Assembly (NCBI RefSeq): GCF_001194135.2
Contig: NC_068989.1
Location: forward strand, 39,460,478 to 39,515,157
DNA: 54,680 nt
Source: Octopus bimaculoides
Lineage: Eukaryota
Direction of reading: 5' to 3'
This document shows, one piece after another, positions 1 to 12,415 of the stretch. Position numbers and translations under genes: made by a program. How positions within the stretch are numbered: the first letter of the stretch is position 1; each line of letters opens with the position of its first letter. The notes beneath the pieces are model-generated. The model had not been told where the DNA came from and did no database searches. It saw only the letters and a list, made by a program, of their open reading frames with translations.

Positions 1-156
1 CAAACACTGTCTGTAGCTGGTCTTCTCTTGGAAGAGCCCTGCTTCTCACATGGACAACTGTATGTTGGCTGCTCAAGAGTGGGCAGCAAAAAAAACCTAT
101 TTGTATATGCTCCACAAGGGAAAACAAGGAACATTGTTTACAACGAGGTGTTATAA
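1..156 (+). CDS. C-terminal end of a Helitron Rep/Hel (PIF1-family helicase) ORF, 5'-truncated by the window edge
   Basis: Frame 1 is open from base 1: QTLSVAGLLLEEPCFSHGQLYVGCSRVGSKKNLFVYAPQGKTRNIVYNEVL*. It contains the CFSHGQLYVxxSRV and TxNIVYxEVL motifs that end Helitron helicases. Confidence 0.92.
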   Translation, partial: QTLSVAGLLLEEPCFSHGQLYVGCSRVGSKKNLFVYAPQGKTRNIVYNEVL

Positions 157-366
157 CAACAACAGCAAGAAAGTATGTACATGATCACCTTCTTTTACGA
201 AACTTCATTGACTTTCATATATTTATATTGATATACATATATATACGTGTGTTTGGGTGTGTGTGTGTATATACATCTCTATATATAAAGATGATGCGTA
301 GTCTAGACAGCGTTTTTAGATTTCATTATTCTCTTTAACCCGGGCAACGCCGGGTATTTCTGCTAG
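1..366 (+). mobile_element. 3' end of a Helitron (rolling-circle transposon)
   Basis: The helicase stop is followed by a 3' UTR, a GC-rich hairpin ACCCGG-gcaacg-CCGGGT (338-355), terminal CTAG (363-366) and a flanking T. This is the canonical Helitron 3' terminus. Confidence 0.9.
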
Positions 367-1304
367 TTGTTAATAAAATTTTAATACAAATATGTTTATA
401 TTAATAGTGTTATCAAATTAGTACCTTATCAAATAAATAAGCTTTAAGTAATGCATGATCTGATATGTTCAATGCTTCACCAAAAAGAAAATAAATTACA
501 TTATATTAGGATTGTTTATCAAGAGAGATTTATTTTTTCTGCTCTTATTCCTCTTAAGTGACAAGCTGGCAGAATCATTTGAGTCTCAGAAAAATAAAAT
601 GTGGAATTTGTTCCAGCTCTTTACAGTCACATTTCAAATCTTAAGGTCAACATTTTGTCTCCCCAGGGTCATTTAAATAAGGTATCTGTCAAGTGTTGGG
701 GGTGATGGTATCAACTCTATCTGTCTCCTCAAAATAATAATAGATTTTAATTTGTGATGTAATGTATGGAGCATTGTTTTGTAATTTTCTTTTTCAATGA
801 TGTATCCAACCAGTATGACTAGAGTGCATGGTGTGTGTGTGTGTTGCAAAGAGATGTGAATCAGATATGATGGACTTGTCTGAAGAACCATAAAAGTGGC
901 CCAAAGAACAGCTGAAGGGAATTAATATCAAACTTTCAAAAATAGAAGGCATAGCTACCAACCATTCATTGTGATGTTCTCACTGTGGGTGTGAGAAGAC
1001 TGAAGATACGAAGAAAAACTGTACTCACTAAAATTGGGAGAAGTGACAAAAGAGACATGTACATAGATTTATTCCTTGCCACTCCAAGCAAACAATTACA
1101 TGTTCTCTCTCCAGCTGATGCTGTACATCAATGATTGAAATGTACAGTCACAAAGGATCCACAAATGAAGATGTTCATCATCAAATTCTATGGGCAACTA
1201 AGAGCAACTATATGATATGCATGTGTGTGTATACATGCACACAAAAACACACACAGTTGTACAAATATACATTTACCATACATATAAGCATACAAATATA
1301 CATG

Positions 1305-1338
<34 letters not shown>

Positions 1339-3237
1339 AAATTTCCAGGATTCAAGAGAATCAAGTACTGAAAAAGTAAAGCACCAAAGTCAGGTCAGTG
1401 ATAGCTCTATCGTGTGCAAACAGTATTTAAGTACAAATACATACTTACTAAAGTAAACATGGATTTGTACTTCAGTTGTGCATACATTCCCATACTGTTA
1501 ACTGCATACACACTCATAAATACACTCACTGCACCTATTGCATCACACGTAATAGACTTTAGATTCAAACAAATTACTGGTTCTGGGTTAGGTGAAGGAT
1601 AAACAAATAATAGCAGATAGACTGAGATTCATAACAGTTGTTTCAGACATGCTTTTTATTGATGAACAACAGTGTTACTTCATGCAAAAAAAAAAAACAT
1701 TTTTCACTCTACCAACCAAGTTAGTGCTGTTTAACTCTACTGACTAAAATTCTGATCAAGAAGGACCTGTCTCTGCTCATGACTATATGGGCTCCTAAAA
1801 CAAACAAAAGCATGGTACATGCTACCAAATCATATTCAGCGATGGCTTGAAATAGCTGAATACTAGGTTTTGAATTCTCATGTGGCACATATTTAAAAAT
1901 ATCATGAAACAATTATCCAGTAAATATCTTATCTTATGGAGGACAGAACAGAATTTGTTATTTTCTTTATGCAGACAAAATATGCAGACACCATTGCCAG
2001 TGAAACTTTTCAAATAAGTGCAGTAACTAATTCAAAAGAGACTGAAATTATCTTTAATCATATACTTAAAAGATATGGTTAATTACGTATTACAAAGATA
2101 TGGTTAATTGCATATTATAAAGATATGGTTGAAAATTTTGCTATGTATATCAATTTACTATTACTAAAACAATGCTACAGAGTGAACTTTAAGATAGACA
2201 TGAAAATTAATTTAACAAAGTTGCTCACCCCATAAAAATGGCAATTATACTATGCAGAGCTTAATATTTATATCGAAATAACATCTTTCTAAATCATAGG
2301 AATGGTAGGAAGCTTTATATCTAGAGATCTTCTGAAATTGCAGCTGGTAGAGAAAGATGGAGAACAAATGAAGCAATAATCTGTCTTTTATTCTTCATTT
2401 CTTTCTGTATTTCAGTTTTTATTAATTCCTTGATCTTTCTTTTAGTGTTTAATAGAATTTAATTCAATTTTAAAATTATTTTACTTCTATCTTAATCTGT
2501 ATTTAATACTCTTTGTTTCATTTTTTTTTTTTACTTTACAAAATAACTATTCCTACCTATGCAGAAGTTAAGAACATTGTTGTTTCTATCGTCTAATTTC
2601 ATTGGGTTTTTACATATAAGCTTCTATATCTTACATCAATAGATAACTAGGTAAATCCATCTCCTTAGAGGGAATTTGTGTCTACTAATTACATGAATAA
2701 TCTTTCCAACTAACTGTATTAAATATCTGATATTCTAAATTCTACTACATTTGTATTTAGTATGTAGGGCAATTCCTTGCGGTATTACCTATTGCCAGAT
2801 TGTCAATATTCATAATCAGTGCACAACAGTGCTGTCTCTTTATATACATTATATTAATAAGTCTTTCTATAGGCACACAGTCTGAAATTTGTTGGGAGTT
2901 AGCCAGTCAATTACATAGACCCCAGAATTCAATCAGTACCAATTCCAAAAGGAATCAGTGTCAATTCCAAAAGGATGAAAAGCAAAGTCAACCTCAGCAA
3001 AATTTGAACACAGAATATAAAAAGCCAAAAGAAATGTTGCCAAGCATTTTGTCTAGCATTGTAATGATTCTGCTTACCCACCAGCTTCATACACACACAC
3101 ACACACATACATACATATGAGAACGAGTGTTCAATACAGCATTTGTAGATAAATATTCTTTATTTGGAGGTTAACAAAGCTACCAATTTGATTCATGTAT
3201 AGAGAAATCTCTCAACAATTATCAAGCCTACCACATA

Positions 3238-3650
3238 GGAATGTTGACACTTAACTCCATCTTGAAAGAGAATACTTGATGCTACATGAGGATTTGTACA
3301 GGATTTGGGAATGAAAAAATAACTATACAGATCAATAGGAGGTAATTTATAGATTTTCAGTGATGCAGCACCTGTATTTGTTGCCCCATTACCTGTATTT
3401 GCTGTTTCAGTTTATATGGGGGTTATTCTCTACTCTCTAAGTGTCCATACCATATTGCATAAAGATATTGTATGTCTTTTGCTTTTATTTCTGAATGAAG
3501 CAAAATGCTTCATATATCTTTCTTTGAAGGTGTTTTCCATCAATCCAATGTAAGTTTTTGTTGTTCCATTCAATCTGTAATGTTGGCCTTGCATGCTATT
3601 TCCTTTTCCAGGTACCTATTGCTCAAGGATTCTGTAATTGTAGATCTCCA
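3238..3650 (-). pseudogene. Decayed Penelope-like element GIY-YIG endonuclease fragment
   Basis: Minus strand reads ...EKEIACKANIT.. then KTYIGLMENTFKERYMKHFASFRNKSKRHTISLCNMVWTLRE*, and later ..KCQH. This matches the PLE endonuclease pattern YIG-x-TE-xx-FK-x-R-xxx-H-xx-SF...L-xxx-W-x-L...C-x-H, with stops and frameshifts. Confidence 0.8.
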
Positions 3651-5407
3651 GACAGGGATCATTAACAATGATAGAAGAACTAAAAGTAAGGCAAGCGTTT
3701 TGTATTTATATACAGATAAAATGTTTGAATTTTCATAAAGGCATGAGATGGAATATTGCTTAACCTCTTAAACCTGTGTATATATGTTTTGGCAGGTGCT
3801 ACTTTGTTTGTCTATGCTTCTAAAAGAAGCAGAAGCAGGTAGCCCTTAGTTTTGTGTTTATAGCTGAAAATAACGATGTCTCAGCCATTTAGTGAACCAG
3901 GGTCTAAATGGAACCAACCCTGCTAACATATACTCTGGTTCAACAGGGATATTATTTTTCTCTTTTTTGCTTTTGTTGTCTGGTACTGGAGAGTCAATCT
4001 TTGTCTCTGCTTAAGAAGAGAGTGATCACATTCATTTATAGTTGACTGAGATATAAACATCATGACAAGACAGTAGGTCATTTGCTCTGAACCAAAATTT
4101 TATTTTAACGCATCTTTTATTAGAAAACTTTGGGTCCATTGGGTGTGTGTGTGTGTATGTGTGTGTGTGTATTTTGTTTGTTTGTTTGTGAATGTATAAG
4201 TTGTAATAATGAAGTCAAATCAAATAGTGGCATTTGAAATAATTTCAGGTCTGTATAAAATATAATAGGAAATGCATCCATTACAAAGACCTTCAGCACT
4301 AAAAACATTTTGAAATATATGCTACTCAACGAAAATAGTTCAATATATGTGGTCAGAGTAGTAGAATTTGGCAACTGAGAGAGAGAGAGAGGGAGAGGGA
4401 GAGAGGATTATACCACCTTAAGTTTTGCCAACCAAGTAGAATATAATTTGTTGAAGTGGTCTTTTAAGCTCAAAGCATGTCTTACTTTCAATGGTTGATA
4501 ATGATCACATCCACTGGTATTCATGCATTGTCTATCATTGTTTGATGCCCATTTTCCATGCTAGCATGACTTACTGAAGCAATAGACATCAATTCAGTTT
4601 GAGGCAGTATGTTAATGACCAGATGCTCTTCCTGTTGCCAACTCCTACCTGTTCTTCAATCAGGGATTTGTTTTTATTTTTTCATTTCACAAGCTTTTGA
4701 AAATGCAGAATGACTGGTTATAATATGATTACTATTATCCTTAAATAGTAGCAAATGAAATATCTACATTTATGCACATTTGCACACACACAATATATGT
4801 ATATTTGTGTGTGTGTGTTTGTATATATTGCACACACACAATATATGTGTGTGTGTATGTGCGTGCATATATTTTCCATTTTATGAGCTTCCAACATATT
4901 TTTCAGCTATATTTTATAAATAAATTTTCTATATTACATTTAGTTTCCAAGTTCATTTCAAGATTTTATTGTTTTTAATTTCTATAGTTCCGAGGTTGGC
5001 AGTGGCAGTTTTGATTAAATTTCTGTTTTCTTTACTTAATTTTAAAAAATTTTATGCTTGGTGGTTTATTTATGTGATGAATTATGTTTAAGATTTGCTG
5101 CTTGTATATGTTTAGTAACTATAAGAAGGTGTAAGCATAATGAACATATTGCACATATGTTTGGCTTCTATTAATTCTTGTCTATTAATTCCCAGGCAAC
5201 ATTATATTTTTAATGCTTTTGACACCACCAAATTGAATGGTATTACACATGTGTTGAAATCACAATGATACCTGTTAGGCAGCTGATGAGGGGATTATAT
5301 GCTTGTTTATTTGTGTGTTATTCAGTATGTATCTTATGTGTCTTGATTTCTCATGGTTTCTAAGCTGTCCTTCATTGAGATTCTAGTTCTAGTAATATAT
5401 ATATATA

Positions 5408-5966
5408 AGTGTGGGTATGTGGTAAGAAGCTTGCTTCTCAACCACATGGTTCAGGGTTCAGTTTCACTTTGTGGTACCTTGGGTGTATTCCACTATAGTA
5501 TTGAGCTGACCAAAGCCTTGTGACTGGATGTGGTAGATGGATATGTGTGTGCAGGTGCAGTCCCAGTTTTTTGAAGGTAGGGCACTAGGTTAGAAGGGAA
5601 TACAATTCCAGGAATAAACGGTGCAATAACATTATTTAGAAGGATGCACTTCTTTTCCTGACGGGGGGGGGGCATGTACCCCTCAGGCCCTCCCCTTGGG
5701 TCTGCTCATGGTGTATGTGTGTGTGTGTGCGTGTGTGTGTGTGCACGTGCATGCATGTGTGTGTGTGTGTCTTTGTTCCCCCACCTCCTCACCACTTGAC
5801 AACCTGTGCTGGTGTGTTTACATCCCCATAATTTAACAGTTCAGCAAAAGAGACCAATAGAGTAAGTAGTAAGCTTTAAAAGATAAGTACTGCAGTCAAT
5901 ACATTCCACAAAAATTCTTCAAGGCACTACTCCAGTATGGCTTCAGTCTAATGACTGAAACAAGTA
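5408..5966 (+). mobile_element. tRNA-headed SINE, interrupted by a nested insertion at ~5550-5710
   Basis: Head with A/B-box-like GTGG..GGTTCAGTTTC, followed by the same body (ccaaagccttg..ttgacaac..cagcaaaagagacc..gactgaaacaagtaa) seen at 17634-17927, 47281-47650 and 53620-53870. Confidence 0.75.
5550..5710. mobile_element. Probable small hAT-like MITE nested in the SINE
   Basis: Degenerate ends gcaggtgcagtccca / tgggtctgctcatg and an internal G-run. The segment is absent from the other SINE copies in the window. Confidence 0.45.
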
Positions 5967-6324
5967 ATATATATATATAAACAATATATGAGTATATGCA
6001 TATATATGTACATGTATGTACATACCTTCATCTACATGTACACATAGATACATAACTGGGTACATGACGTGGCAAAAGAACATGGACAAAATGATAAACA
6101 AGGTACAACAAACAAGCAAGCCACATAGAAACATCTCCTTCATCAGCTGCCACCATTAAAACACCGGCGTAGTTGCTTAGTCAATGGTACTCAATTACTG
6201 TTTGTTAGTATTTTAAAATCTCTTGAGATTTTTTAATGTTCATTTTCTAACACTATCAGATGTATGTCCATGCCATTTCTGATCTTCCTCAAAACTGTAC
6301 TGTTTTACCAAACAGTGAATGCTC

Positions 6325-6556
6325 ATGCCACATGAAAGCATTCATGCTGGTGCCACATTAAAAGCACTGGTGCCACACAAAAATAACCCAGTACACTTTG
6401 TAGAATGGTTGGTGTTAGGGAGGGCATTCAGCCATAGAAACCATACCAGAACAGACAATGTAGCCTGGTGAAGCCCTTGGCCTTACCAACTCTGGTTAAA
6501 CCGTCCAACCCATGCCAGCATGTAAAATGAACGTTAAACGATGCTGCTGATGATGA
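6325..6556 (+). mobile_element. Short retroposon with Meta-like domain and RTE-type (GAT)n tail
   Basis: ggtgttagggagggcattcagccatagaaa ... aaaccgtccaacccatgccagcatg ... cgttaaacgatg. The family recurs many times in the window. Confidence 0.7.
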
Positions 6557-7454
6557 TGGTAGTGCAAATGCAAACACCCATTTTCAGGACACCTTTTAGT
6601 CTGAGTTCTTCACAAGAACTTATAAGTGTTGCAATCTCTGCTTCCTCGCCACTTAACAAGTATACAACCAATTCTGTTTGGTTGTATATATGGCTTTTCA
6701 CAGAGTTTTTATTAATGGTTTTAAGCTGCAAGTAGTAGGCTTTCAGTTTCTCATTCCAATACTCTTTATCAATCAATCTTACAACTGTTCATTTTTTGTT
6801 TGTTTGTTTTTTTCTTTGTATCTCTTAAACTTATTTAAACTTTCCTTATTAATAAACACTTTAAAAAGAAAAGAAAAGGAGGGGGAGAGGCGATGGGCCA
6901 CATATCTCAGAACAAGTGAGGTGCTCAGCCATGCTTCATACTAATGACCATGGTGGTGTTGCCATGGAGAATGGCCAGCAACACTCACTGCAGTAGTGAT
7001 TCCACCTTGTGAGGCTCATTTCTCCAATAGGTTGTTACTGTTCCTATTTTGTGGAGGAGATTCGTAGTATTGGATCTTAGAACAGCAGCAGCCAGGCTCC
7101 CATACTTATTGATTTTTCTCTCCTCCACATTAAGGGCAGTGACACTGGCCATGGAGGATTATACTTTCAGGTTGACTTAGTCCATTATGACTTTTCTGGC
7201 ACATGTTTTTGTTCTTGCTCTCTTCAAGCAGGCTCTTACTTTCTACAATATACTGAAAGAGTAGTTCTTAGTTACTTTCCAAATACTGATTTAAGATTCC
7301 ATTGAACCTAGACAAGATGATAGGTTCCCATCAAAACCAATGTCTTCCATTTAGGTATCTTTGTTCCACAATATCCTTCTTTGTTACTTTTATCTTTACT
7401 TGGATGAGGGTTAATGTTACCAACTTCATCTCAACTTTACCACTTAGCATATGT

Positions 7455-7462
7455 TATTGTTA

Positions 7463-7496
<34 letters not shown>

Positions 7497-7545
7497 CATT
7501 ATTATTATTATCATTATTGTTGTTGTTGTTGCTGCTGTTGTTGTT
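7455..7545. repeat. (TAT)n/(TGT)n microsatellite
   Basis: Directly visible trinucleotide run; it explains the poly-Y/poly-C ORF at 7302-7547. Confidence 0.95.
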
Positions 7546-7757
7546 AAGGTGGTGAGCTGGCAGAATTGTGAGCATGCCAGGCAAAACGCTTAGCAGCATT
7601 TCATCCATCTTTACGCTCTGAATTCAAATTCTACCAAGGTCAACTTTGCCTTTCATCCTTTCGGAGTCAATAAAATAAGAACCAGCTGAGCACTGGTGTT
7701 GATGTAATCAATTTATCCCTCTCCTGAAACTGCTGGCCTTGGGCCAAAATTTAAGAT
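7546..7757 (+). mobile_element. tRNA-headed SINE with Nin-like central domain
   Basis: gagctggcagaat head, then gtcaactttgcctttcatcctttcggagtcaataaaataagaaccag. More decayed copies at ~560, 2870, 9600, 25580, 36650-37300, 45200, 45880, 49330 and 52090. Confidence 0.75.
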
Positions 7758-8210
7758 CATCATCATCATCATTATTATTATTATGATTATTATTATTATT
7801 ATGTGCAGCTTTTTGAATCATAATTGAGTTTCACACTTGATTGTTCAAATGACAAACAGCTTTTAACGAAATATGTATAGACTATGTATTGAGTGCATTT
7901 CCCCCATTTGTAAACACTTTAACCAATCTACATACACACACACACACACAAACACAATATTGAAAATATGACTATTTAATACAAACTTTAAAGAACATTA
8001 AGTTAATGAGGTGTTTAACTTTACACATACACTATAGTGAAACTGATAACACTTCTCTGGTATCAACCTAATCACAGAATGGACAGAATGGAAAATAGTT
8101 TATTACACCCAAAGTAATAGAAATATTGCCAATTCATTGAGTCTTTAATTATAATTAAGCACAACTACAACTATGCAATATTTAGACAATTATCACATTC
8201 CAGTTAACAT

Positions 8211-8260
<50 letters not shown>

Positions 8261-9169
8261 GTATGTATATGTGTATAAACGTAACTTTAATTCTTTAGTA
8301 CATTATGAGAATCACTGTTAGCCATGTTGATAAGGTATCAGTCAGCCTGCTAATTGAAGAATCTCCTGCTTCAGTCCTGTCGCAGACATTAAATTGTGTC
8401 CGGTGCCAACAAAAGCATCAAACTAATTGCCAATCTGTCACTCACCAACACACTACAAACTCTGGTCAACACATCTGCTATCTCCCCTCTCTCACTGTTC
8501 TATCACTATTAGCTAGTTGTATACCACATCAATGCAAGTAAAACTGATCCTACTATATTACTTTTGTATTGCCTACAGTTCTCCCACACCTCATCCTTAA
8601 ATTCCCATACAAGTCATCTTAACCTATTCTTCCTTCCTAGAAAGATATTTCTCTGGAATACTCATTCCTAACCATTGTCCACCTATACCAGTAGTTCTCA
8701 ACCATTTTTTTGTCTTTGAATTCCTTTGTTTTTCATTTGACCCACATAGTCATTCACTGTTTTAAAGAATCCTATTATACTTGTATAATTAAAATTGTTA
8801 AAGAATTTTGTGTACTATAGAAGTATAAATAATTTTATTACACATAATCTCATACGGACCCTTGTTTGAATCACTGAGCTATACCATATTGCTGTCCTTC
8901 CACCAATACTCTTACACTTAGCTGCCTTAGTATATTGACATCCATTTAGCACTTTATGACAATCCTAACCTCTACTCTACTGGTATTCATACAGCCCTAC
9001 AATTATGCTGTACTAGCAGCCTTAAGATATTACTTCACTTTAGTTTTAGTGCATATTTGGCTGTTGGTTATGATGCTTGCTTCACATCAACTAGGCTCAA
9101 TTCTACTGCATAGCACATCAAAGGAGCAATTTTTATAGAAAACAAAAATTCTTAAATCTACAGAAGTCT

Positions 9170-9545
9170 ATGTCAGATTAAAAGACTGCTATACATTGTA
9201 TGTTAAGATTCCTAGATCACTAGATTCAAAATTATGCTTAATTGTTCAAACAATCTACTGGACATCATATTGAAGCCATTATGCAAATTGGTTCCTGATT
9301 TCACCAGAGGAGACCTGGACATTTTTAATTGCATTCCACACTGGGTAAATATAGAGATGATATTTAGTTTTGTTGTGACCAGCATCAATATAATTTCCCA
9401 AATGAATTAGTACTGAAGGCAATAGACAAATGTCCACATAACACTTAAGAGATTCTCAAAAACAGTTCATAGAAGAAAAACAATTAGTGCTTGAAAACAA
9501 CTTTTTTAATAACCGATATTTATTTCAAGTATAAAGTGGCCATTC
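9170..9545 (+). pseudogene. Decayed Penelope-like reverse transcriptase fragment
   Basis: Reads LLDIILKPLCKLVPDFTRGDLDIFNCIPHWVNIEMIFSFVVTSI, then FIEEKQLVLENNFF..YLFQ. This matches the PLE RT pattern LDxxLKPL..VPxFxRDxxDFL..P...SFDVxSL and LENNxF. Confidence 0.8.
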
Positions 9546-9691
9546 AGCAGATCCATTTGAGCATCAGATATATTGCTCTGCAGTAATCAATCTAGATCCC
9601 TGTGCTCTGAGTTCAAATCATGTTGAGGTCAACTTTGTTATTCTTTCAAGGTCAATAATATACCAATCCTGTACTGAAGTTTAATTCTCCC

Positions 9692-9860
<169 letters not shown>

Positions 9861-12169
9861 AGAAGAGATCAACTACAGTCAGATCTAGAGAAACACACTC
9901 TGTTAGGTCTAGAAATGCCCAAGAAAATGCTCTAAGTCACAATGACATTCTCACGACTATCAGGGAGTTAAAGGCCAATGACATAGCATAACTTTCAAAT
10001 AAAAGAAACAGCAATAGGCCCACGTTCTGCAACAATATCTGCAGTGCAGTTTCAATACAAGTAACAATTTACATATTCTATACAATTCATCTAACCATAA
10101 AATAATACATTTCATAATCTTATATACCAAATCCACCATAACGTAATTATAATTAATAACTAATCCAATAAACCCTGTAAACAACAATATTTCTGAAAAC
10201 CAACATTAACAACAAACTAAAATCTTAATCTAAATCCATTTAGATATAAGACACTTGTAAATCTTAGAATGAATAAAAAAGACAAAAAGAAACAAACTAG
10301 ACATAGTTCCGTATAGCATGTAATCAAAACCCATAATGTAAAGCAGCCTACACACCACAACCATCTATTTACAACATGGTCATCCTCCAATAATATAACA
10401 TCACACAGCATGTACTCTATACAGTTAATACCCAATAATATAAACCCACACTAACAATATTTTATGCAGTCACCATCTGAAACTAAAATACAATAAGCCC
10501 AATTGTGATGAAATTTGGTAAATGGAAACTGAAAGAAAACCATCATATGCATGTGAATGTGTTTATGTGCTTCTTTATATTTTCTCTCAGCTGAAGTTAC
10601 TGGCTAAGAAATGTGTTGTTGCAATACATCAACAAATCATTACTTTTTTTGCATTTTTGAAGCCATGTGAGAGATCCTTTAATTGTAAAACAAGTAAGGG
10701 CTCACAACAAGAAGAGCATTCAACTGTCAAACAATGACTCGATAACATGTCTACAGAAAAACAGACATAAAACACAATCACATTACGCATATTCTGCATA
10801 ATCTACACAACCAACAGATAAAACACTAAAATAACAGTAGAAAGTATAACAAATGCCAAAACAATGCAAAACTGATGTAACATACAAACATTACTGTAAC
10901 AACAAGGTGTCTCTAGTTGAGTGATACATTAGCATGAAACATAATTACTTCATCATCAGCATAATTTCTACTTTCCATGCTTGCATGGGTCAGATAAAAT
11001 TCATTGAGGCTGATTTTTTTATTGATAGATTACTCTTTCTGTTACCAACATTCAACTGTTTCCAAGTAAGGTAATATTTTCCCATAGTCTTTTAAACAAA
11101 CCTCACAATGGCCAAAAATGTTTTCAAGGAAGACAGCAAATGAATGATTGTATGACAGTGATGCTCACTTACATTTAATGTGTGATGTTAAGATAAGGAG
11201 ACAGAAACACACAAATGCACACAATAAGCTTCTTTCAGTTTCCATCAATCAAATTCACATAATGGTATTTGGTTGACCTGGGGTTCATAATTGAAGATAT
11301 TTGTCCATGGTGCTGCACAGTGAGACTGAATCCCAAACTACATGCTTGCAAAGTGAACTTCTAAAACATACAACCATGCCCACATCCATTAATAACAATT
11401 TCTGACATATGCTCACAGTCATAAACCTTGTGAGAGATATATGATAGATCAACCTCAATAACTGCTTCTTGTTTTAAGGACAAAGATAACACAATGATTT
11501 TTTTGGATTAAGCACTAAGTTAGCCTCCACCTTGTATTTTACTGGTATTTTATTTTTATTGACCTTTGATAGAGGAGTTGAGCCTAGAATGTAGAGAGAG
11601 TAAATACTTCAAAGCATTATAGTCTGCCATGATGCTGTCTCTGCAGTGGCCTGAATACCACAATAGAGAGAAGAGTAACAAAATATACTATATCAACTAT
11701 GATAATACAATATACACCTTATCAATAACTATTTTTTCTCCCACTGTTTTCATGAATTCCCATGACTCACCATTCAATACCATTAATATGAATGTGAATT
11801 GGGAGCATCATATGTGAATGTGAACTCATCATAGTGAATCTTTCATTAGCTGATTACACAACTATGGACTCCACCCTTATGGATGCGCTGGAGTTACTCT
11901 CTTGATAGAGCTTGGTGATCTTGACCCTTGATCTTCCAGGATTCCTCCACTCAGCATCAATGTAAGAAGCACCATTAACTCAGTTGAGCTCTTCTGCAGC
12001 CTCTTCACAATCTGTCATGCTGCAGTCCCATGATTTCACTGTGTCCCTGGTAGAGTGGCTGAACAGGTATTATGCAGTAGCAAAGGGCAGCCCATAGCTA
12101 TGCAGGGAACAGTTGACACTATGTGAGGTATTTTCAAAATACCCTCATATCCTATGTAATAACTGTAAT

Positions 12170-12415
12170 CATCATCATCGTCGTTTAACGTCCGCTTTCC
12201 ATGCTAGACGATTTGACTGAGGACTTGTGGACCAGATGGCTACACCAGGCTCCAATCTGTTTTAGCAGAGTTTCTACAGCTGGATGTCCATCCTAACACC
12301 AACCACTCTGAGAGTGTAGTGGGTGCTTTTACGTGCCACCGGCACGAGAGCCAGTCAGGCAGTACTGGCGACAGCCACACTCAAAATGGTGTATTTTACG
12401 TGCCACCTGCACAAA
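12170..12415 (-). mobile_element. Meta-domain / RTE-tail short retroposon
   Basis: catcatcatcgtcgtttaacgtccgctttccatgctag ... agctggatgtccatcctaacaccaaccac; high similarity to the inverted copy at 42385-42700. Confidence 0.85.

Noticed and set aside
1720-2015. Overlapping minus-strand ORFs with faint GPCR- or mariner-like wording
   Set aside because: No diagnostic motif survives in a consistent frame.
5230-5300. GAAA...CTGATGA arrangement suggesting a type II hammerhead; related repeat inverted at ~6040-6160
   Set aside because: Stem II does not pair and stem I is out of register; not supportable.
7302-7547. ORFs rich in Y/C, HT, VC or IY repeats (also 33320, 46307-46897, 47935, 53769-54278 and the X-containing ORFs)
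   Set aside because: They are translations of microsatellites or N gaps.
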